From Macrostomum lignano (lineage: Eukaryota), in assembly GCA_002269645.1 (NCBI GenBank), contig NIVC01000892.1, forward strand, positions 62,001-126,000: DNA of 64,000 nucleotides. The letters are read 5' to 3'. Of this stretch, positions 51,301 through 60,300 are shown one piece after another. The position numbers and the translations under genes are program-made. Positions within the stretch are counted from its first letter, which is position 1. Every line of letters starts with the position of its first letter. Under the pieces are notes generated by a model. It searched no databases. It was given only the letters and a program-made list of their open reading frames with translations, and was not told the origin of the DNA.

Positions 51301-54300
51301 ATGAGATAAAGTCACACTAGATCGGATGAGATGAGATAAGGTCACACTAGATCGGATGAGATGAGATAAGGTCACACTAGATTAGATGAGATGAGATAAG
51401 GTCACGCTAGATTAGATGAGATGAGATAAGGTCACACTAGATTAGATGAGATGAGATAAGGTCACACTAAATTGGATGAGATGAGATAAAGTCACACTAG
51501 ATTAGATGAGATGAGATAAGGTCACACTAGATTGGATGAGATGAGATAAGATCATTCTAGATTAGATGAGATGAGATAAGATCACACTAGATTAGATGAG
51601 ATGAGATAAGATCACACTAGATTGGATGAGGTCATACTACGAGCTGGTAGATAGAGCTAGATAATGAATAAATCATTTAATAAAATGAAAAATGTATAGA
51701 TTCATAGAGATTAGATTAGATTAGATCAGATCAGACTATTCTACTATATTGATTAATTAGGAAAGTGAAAATGTGCCAGCCCAATAGCTACAGCAGCTAT
51801 TAATAACTATGTTATGCTATAAAGTGTTCAACCCTGGCCAAGAGTCAAATTTGAAACGAAATAAAAAAGCAGAAACTCCAGCTTGCACTCCGTCCACAAT
51901 TTGCTATTCTCCTATCGGCTCCTCCTGCCGTGGACACCTTTAAACGAAGATTTGGAATAGAAACTCGACCACGTGAAGTTAGTATACAGCTCTAAAAAAA
52001 TTCTCAGTGTGCACAAACTAGCATATTTATAATATTGTAATTTTTCTCATAATTAAAGTATTCATAAATTTTGTCTTTCTAACGAATCTTTATAGAAAAT
52101 AAGTGTGAGGCTCTCGTCTCAAAATTATGAGCAGTAAAAATTATGATGATTCTGAGAGACTAGATTCAACTCTAAGCGACTAGATTAGGCACTGAGAGAC
52201 CAGAGTAGATTCTGAGACACCAGATTAGAGTCTGGGAGACTAGAGTAGATAATCAGAGACTAGAGTAGATAATGAGAGACTAGAGTAGATAATGAGAGAC
52301 TAGAGTAGATAATGAGAGACTAGAGTAGATAATGAGAGACTAGAGTAGATAATGAGAGACTAGAGTAGATAATGAGAGACTAAAGTAGAAATGAGAGACT
52401 AGAGTAGATAATGAGAGACTAGAGTAGATAATGAGAGACTAAAGTAGAAATGAGAGACTAGAGTAGATAATGAGAGACTAGAGTAGATAATGAGAGACTA
52501 AAGTAGAAATGAGAGACTAGAGTAGATAATGAGAGACTAGAGTAGATAATGAGAGACTAAAGTAGAAATGAGAGACTAGAGTAGATAATGAGAGACTAGA
52601 GTAGATAATGAGAGACTAAAGTAGAAATGAGAGACTAGAGTAGATAATGAGAGACTAGAGTAGATAATGAGAGACTAAAGTAGAAATGAGAGACTAGAGT
52701 AGATAATGAGAGACTAGAGTAGATAATGAGAGACTAGAGTAGATAATGAGAGACTAAAGTAGAAATGAGAGACTAGAGTAGATAATGAGAGACTAGAGTA
52801 GATAATGAGAGACTAAAGTAGAAATGAGAGACTAGAGTAGATAATGAGAGACTAGAGTAGATAATGAGAGACTAAAGTAGAAATGAGAGACTAGAGTAGA
52901 TAATGAGAGACTAGAGTAGATAATGAGAGACTAAAGTAGAAATGAGAGACTAGAGTAGATAATGAGAGACTAGAGTAGATAATGAGAGATTAGAGTAGAT
53001 AATGAGAGATTAGAGTAGATAATGAGAGACTAAAGTAGAAATGAGAGACTAGAGTAGATAATGAGAGATTAGAGTAGACACTAAGAGACTAGAATAGGTT
53101 CCGAAAAACTAAAGTAGATAGTCAGAGACCAGAATAGATTAGATCTTGAGATACACTAGAATAGATTAGGCAAAATCGGTGAGACTAGAGTAGATTCTGT
53201 GACTAGATCAAGAACTACGAGGGATTAGTTATCTTTTTTATCTGAACTAAAATTTCTGCATTGGCTGTCTTCTGAGAGCTCGAGAGTTTTGCAGTCTATT
53301 TTTTTCAATTAATAGTAGAATTTTAACCCAACTCCAACTCAAAGTCAAGTGGATAGCCGAATGCTTTATTCTCTTTTGTCGGCGATCCTCAATCGAAAGT
53401 TAAGTGGATTCAAGGCAGCTACGACTTGTCTTGTGTGTGTGTGTGTGCGCGGTTTTGGCGCCTCTGTTAGACCCGAAACGAGGCTATTCGGACTGCATTC
53501 TTCCTTGGGAAGCCAATCCCCTAGTGAGTGCTATGCATGGCAACAGACAAAATATAATATTACCCATCTTAGACAGCGGGGGACAAGCGAGTCAAACGAA
53601 AAAGAAACGCCAATTATAAGCTCTTTGTACAAGAAGCCTAAAGCTGCGAGAGAAAATTCCGAAAAAACTGCGAGTTTGTCAAAAACGCCTTGTCTGACTG
53701 CCCGGTCAGTTTGGAATGCCAAGGCTGGAATGCTTGAAGCTTTCAGCCCATACTTGCCCACATTCGCCTAGGCTGTTTTGTCAAGCTGTTGAATGTGCCG
53801 AGCACCTTCTATATTTTCACGGATACGGATGTAGGTAGAGAGTTTTAAAGGTGAGAGACGAGTGTAGATTTCGAGAGTAGATTCTGAGAGACCATAGTAG
53901 ATTCTGAGAGACATTAAGAGTAGATTCTGATACATTAGAGTAGATTCTGAGAGACGTTAGAGTATATTCTGATCGACTAGAGTAAATTCTGAGAGATTAA
54001 AGTAGATTTTGAGAGATTACACTGTAGAGCAGATTCTGAGAGACTAGAGAAGATTCTAAGAGACTAAAGTAGATTCTAAGAGACTAGAGTAGATTCTAAG
54101 AGACTAGAGTAGATTTTGAGAGATAAGAGTGGATTCGGAGACACTAGAGTAGATTCTGAGAGACTAGAGTAAATTCTGAGATATTAGAGTAGACTTCGAG
54201 AGACTAAAGTAGATTATGAGATACTAGAGTAGATTCTGAGACACTAGTGTAGATTCTGAGACATTAGAGTAGATTCTGAGAGACTAGAGTAAATCTGAGA

Positions 54301-57300
54301 GATTAGAGTAGATTTTGAGAGATTAGAGTAGATTCTGAGAGACACTAGAGTAGATTCTGAGAGACTAGAGTAAATTCTGAGAGATTACAGTAGATTTTGA
54401 GAGATTAGAGTAGACTTCGAGAGACTAAAGCAGATTTTGAGAGAATAGACTTGGATACACTTCGGGTAGATTCTAAGAGATTAGAATATATTCTAAACTC
54501 TTGAGTAATTTCTGAGAGACTAGAGTAGATTCTGAGAGATTAGAGTAGATTCGGAGACACTAGAGTAGACTCTGAGAGACTAGAGTACATTCTGAGATAT
54601 TAGAGTAGATTGTGAGAGACTAGAGTAGATTCTGAGAGACTAGAGTAGATTCTGAGAGACTAGAGTAGATTCTGAGAGACTAGAGTAGATTCTGAGAGAC
54701 TAGAGTAGATTCTGAGAGACTAGAGCAGATTTGGAGAGAATAGACTTGGATAGCCTTCGGGTAGATTCTGAGACTGTAGAATGTAGAATGTAGAATCTGA
54801 GAGACTTCGGGTAGATTCTGAGAAGCTGGACTAGATTAGATCTTTAGACACATTAGAATAGACTAAAAGAGAATCTGAGAGACTATTGAAAATCTAATAA
54901 AAAACTAAACACAGAAATTAAGAAATGAGATACGAATGCAAAGAAAAGCAAGGAGGTAAAATGTAGGATTAGATAATTATTCAAGCACTCCACTGGACTG
55001 GACGGCACGCACCTTACAGCAAAAGATATGAGCCCAGATGCTTCCTGAATGTCAGCCAGCCGCATTACCAAATATTTCCCTAATAGATCCCAAATAGATC
55101 CCATTCCCCAAATAGATCCCATTCCCCTGTTCCCCATGGCGCCTCTCTGTTCCCCATGGCGCCTCTCTCTGTTCCCCATGGCGCCTCTCTCTGTTCCCCA
55201 TGGCGCTTCTCTCTGTTCCCCATGGCGCCTCTCTCTGTTCCCCATGGCGCCTCTCTCTGTTCCCCATGGCGCCTCTCTCTGTTTCCCATGGCGCCTCTCT
55301 CTGTTTCCCATGGCGCCTCTCTCTGTTTCCCATGGCGCCTCTCTCTGTTCCCCATGGCGCTTCTCTCTGTTCCCCATGGCGCTTCTCTCTGTTCCCCATG
55401 GCGCTTCTCTCTGTTCCCCATGGCGCCTCTCTCTGTTCCCCATGGCGCCTCTCTCTGTTCCCCATGGCGCCTCTCTCTGTTCCCCATGGCGCTTCTCTCT
55501 GTTCCCCATGGCGCCTCTCTCTGTTCCCCATGGCGCCTCTCTCTGTTCCCCATGGCGCCTCTCTCTGTTCCCCATGGCGCTTCTCTCTGTTCCCCATGGC
55601 GCCTCTCTCTGTTCCCCATGGCGCCTCTCTCTGTTCCCCATGGCGCCTCTCTCTGTTCCCCATGGCGCTTCTCTGTGTTCCCCATGGCGCTTCTCTGTGT
55701 TCCCCATGGCGCCTCTCTCTGTTCCCCATGGCGCCTCTCTCTGTTCCCCATGGCGCCTCTCTCTGTTCTCCATGGCGCCTCTCTGTTCTCCATGGCGCCT
55801 CTCTGTTCTCCAAGAATTAAAAATTTTCGCAGCTGTGCGCGTGACAGCCTGTTTCGTAAAATCGATATATTCTCTTAGATAACTGGAGTTTTAATAGGAA
55901 TATGTCTCACCGAGAATAATAAATCATATCTAACAATCGCTGAGCCGTGGCCAAACCACGCGTCGTGGCGCAGATGAATCCACAGAAGCGAAAATTCACC
56001 TGTCAAATTGCAGCTCGAAGCCAGCGCGCGGTTTTGACATTGCTGATGAATCAAATTGATAATAACTGCATGCAATGTGGCTTACGGCTGGCCATTGGAG
56101 CCTGAGCTTATAGGCTCAGATAGTTGAAGACTTGCTGGGATCGAAATGGCTTACGCTTTATCGCAATGATTCAGCCAACGGTCTCCTTAAGCCTCATTAA
56201 AGATCTTTAGGCACAGATTCTAGATTGTGTCAAATTGAGTCGTATGTGTAGTTTGAGAGGCTCTTATATTATCTTCTTAGGCAGTTAGAATTGGTCAATG
56301 TTATACTGGCGCAATATTAGCTTATTAGGCTATTAGAATTAGTCAATAATTCATTGGCACCATATATTAGCTATTAGGCTATTAGAATTAGTCAATAATT
56401 CATTGGCACCATATATTAGCTATTAGGCTATTTGAATTAGTCAATAATATATTGGCGCCATACATTAGCTTCTGATCTTACACAGATGTTTAACCGAGGC
56501 TACTAAATTAAATAGAACAAGTTTGGCGATATGTTGCGTAAAAATATTCACAAATCAGAAATTTTCATTACGAGCGTATTAGCGTCCTGACGGACACAAA
56601 TAAATGTCGTAGCAGGCGGTATTTCGTCTAAAGAGGTCAGCCCACTTCTTCCAAATTGTCCTTTATTGTCCTTTACTTTGCCTGCCGTCCTATTTTGTTT
56701 TCAATTCAACTCTTGCACATGCTTTTAAACTGAATATATAGTTAACATGTATATTTGTTATGCAGCGTGCTGGCATAAGGAAATAACAGAGGCGCATTAG
56801 TGAAAGCCAAACAGGAACGAAGCGAACCCCCTCACCAGTGTTATCTTGGGTCGTTAGAGGGGCCGCCACTTTTCCCCTTTTTCCTATTCCTCCGTCACCC
56901 TCTTCAAGCCCCCACTCTCTCACCCCCGCCTAGCTCCCGGGGACACCTAATTGAATCTAGCAATCGTCTCTTCTTTTCTGGGGCCGAAGTTTTCCCCAAT
57001 TTCTCTTCTATCCACGGCTTCGAACGTTTGTCAAGGAGCGAGGGCCTTTTGAGAGGTTGCAGTCTCGCTGTGTGTGCGGTGCTATGATCAGCAGAAACTG
57101 TTATACATCATGCATTCTGCGTTTTGTGCTCGGGTCCGTTAACTCAACATGCATGACCAGCTAGAATGAGAAGAGAAATTGCAGAAAAACTTTAATTGCT
57201 TCTTCCGTCTCTTTATTTTCTACTTGGGCCCGGGCACATGGATGAATGAATTCATCCATGCCCGGGCATCGACTACTTTATTCCCAAGTTGGGAATAAAT

Positions 57301-60300
57301 ACGTTTCTGCAGTTTATGGCACCGGTCCAAGTGTAGTAAATACATCATTCCCCACTTATCTATGTTCGCGAACTGCTTGTGAGCTCTATGGGCCGAAGCG
57401 AAGCCTGATCATTTTATCTAAACAGTAGCGTCTTCAAGCTACTATAAGTAGAGTGTTGATCAATCGAACAGAATTTTTTATTTTATCAGTAAAATTTCGA
57501 TTTGAACTACTCTAATTCTTTGTAGTTGCCCCTTCAACGGACGTCCTTACCGATACAAGTAAAAGCAGCAATAGCGAAAGCAGCAACAACCTAAAAAGCA
57601 ACAGCAGCTTAGCCAGCTCAGCTGCCGCTTACCTGGCCAAAATCAGGCAGCTCGAGTCGGAGCCTCTGCCAGACGATGGCCGCGGCGGCAGCTGCTTGGA
57701 GAGGCGAAGTCGCTGCTTCGACAATCCGACCTGCGCAGCGGACGCCAGAGCCTTTCAGGACAGGTGCGGCTTCGACGATATCAGCAAGTGCCCGGGCCAA
57801 CGGGCAGCCTGCCTGCAGTCTTACGAGGCCCTGCGGAATCACGGCTTGATACCCTGCACCTGTCTGAACTATACTCGCGCTGAGAGATTGCAGTGCGATA
57901 GGATTCGACGCGTTTATCCAGGAAATGTTTGCTTAAGTGAGCGAGGGCTATTCTATATTACTGATGGCTAATATAGACACCTGAGGGCTGATATAGAGAC
58001 ACCTGAGGGCTAATATAGACACACCTGAGGGCTGATATAGACACACCTGAGGGCTAATATAGACACCTAAGGGCTGATATAGAGACACCTGAGGGCTAAT
58101 ATAGACACACCTGAGGGCTGATATAGACACACCTGAGGGCTAATATAGACACACCTGAGGGCTAATATAGACACCTGAGGGCTGATATAGAGACACCTGA
58201 GGGCTAATATAGATACACCTGAGGGCTGATATAGACACACCTGAGGGCTGATATAGAGACACCTGAGGGCTGATATAAACACCTGAGGGCTGATATAGAC
58301 ACCTGAGGGCTAATATAGACACACCTGAGGGCTAATATAGATACACCTGAGGGCTGATATAGACACACCTGAGGGCTGATATAGAGACACCTGAGAGCTT
58401 ATATAAACACCTGAGGGCTGATATAGACACCTGAGGGCTAATATAGACACACCTGAGGGCTGATATAGACAACTGAGGGCTAATATAGACACCTGAGGGC
58501 TGATATAGACACCTAAGGGCTTATATAGACACACCTGATGGCGAATATAGACACACCTGAGGGCTGATATAGTAGAGCACCTGAGGGCTAATATAGACAC
58601 CTGAGGGCTAATATAGACACCTGAGGGCTAATATAGACACACCTGAGGGCAAATATAGACACACCTGAGAGCTGATATAGACACCTGATGGCTGATATAG
58701 ACACCTGAGGGCTAATATAGACACAACCAGGGCTAATATAGACACAACTGAGGGCTAATATAGACACACCTGAGAGCTGATATTGACACACCTAAGGGCT
58801 AATATAGACACAACTGAGGGCTAATATAGACACACCTGAGGGCTGATATAGACAACTGAGGGCTGATATAAACACCTGAGGGCTGATATAGACACCTGAG
58901 GGCTGATATAGACACCTGAGGGCTTATATAGACACACCTGATGGCGAATATAGACACACCTGAGGGCTGATATAGTAGAGCACCTGAGGGCTAATATAGA
59001 CAATGAGGGCTTATATAGACACACCTAAGGGCAAGTATAGACACACCTGAGGGCTGATATAGTAGAGCACCTGAGGGCTAATATAGACACCTGAGGGCTA
59101 ATATAGACACACCTGAGGGCAAATATAGACACCTGAGGGCTTATATAGACACACCTAAGGGCAAAAATATAGACACACCTGAGAGCTGATATAGTAGAGT
59201 ACCTGAGGGCAAATATAGAGACACCTGAGGGCAAATATAGACACATCTGAGGGCAAATATAGGCACACCTGAGAGCTTATATAGACACCTGATGGCTGAT
59301 ATAGACACCTGAGGGCTGTCTGAAGTCTGAACCATCCACCCGACGCCAGGATTCTTCAACGACGCCTACAATATCGGCCTGTTGCACCCGAAGTCGTCCA
59401 AGGATCCGCAGCAGCGAATCGGTGCTAGCAGTCCAGACGATGACAGAAAGTCACCAGATTCAGAAGCCGTTGTCAAGTCTAGCGAAGGCGCATCGGTTAT
59501 TCATCCTTCAGCATTTCAGTTGATTAAATGTAAGAATGAAGTTTTAAACACTAAATAATGCACTATGAGTAGAGCAAATGAATCAATTACAGAAGAATTT
59601 ATATCTGCGGGAAATACGGACATCAGTTAAAGTCTCAAACCAATAGGCAGAAGTACCCCATTACAGGAGACGTAATTAAATAATCACAGAAGGGCTCTGA
59701 TTAAACTCTCTGAGGCACCCTGGCGCAACGCGTACATCGTCCCACAACACCAGTGCTGAGGCATCACTTTATTATAATCTGTGAGCGAGTGAATCACTCC
59801 ATCAGCATCAGTGAATGAGTGAATCACTTCATCAGCATCTGTGAATGAGTGAATCACTTCATCAGCATCTGTGAATGAGTGAATCACTTCATCAGCATCT
59901 GTGAATGAGTGAATCACTTCATCAGCATCTGAGAATGAGTGAATCACTCCATCAGCATCTGTGAATGAGTGAATCACTCCATCAGCATCTGTGAATGAGT
60001 GAATCGCTTCATCAGCATCTGTGAATGAGTGAATCACTTCATCAGCATCTGTGAATGAGTGAATCACTCCATCAGCATCTGTGAATGAGTGAATCACTCC
60101 ATCAGCATCAGTGAATGAGTGAATCACTTCATCAGCATCTGTGAATGAGTGAATCACTTCATCAGCATCTGTGAATGAGTGAATCACTTCATCAGCATCT
60201 GAGAATGAGTGAATCACTCCATCAGCATCAGTGAATATGTGAACCCCTATAAGTTTATCTGTGAATGAGTGAATCACCCCCCTCCCCCAATTAAAAACAC

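Noticed and set aside
54883-55882. MGNRERRHGEQ / MAPLSVPHGAS ORFs
   Set aside because: Translations of the 22-bp array.
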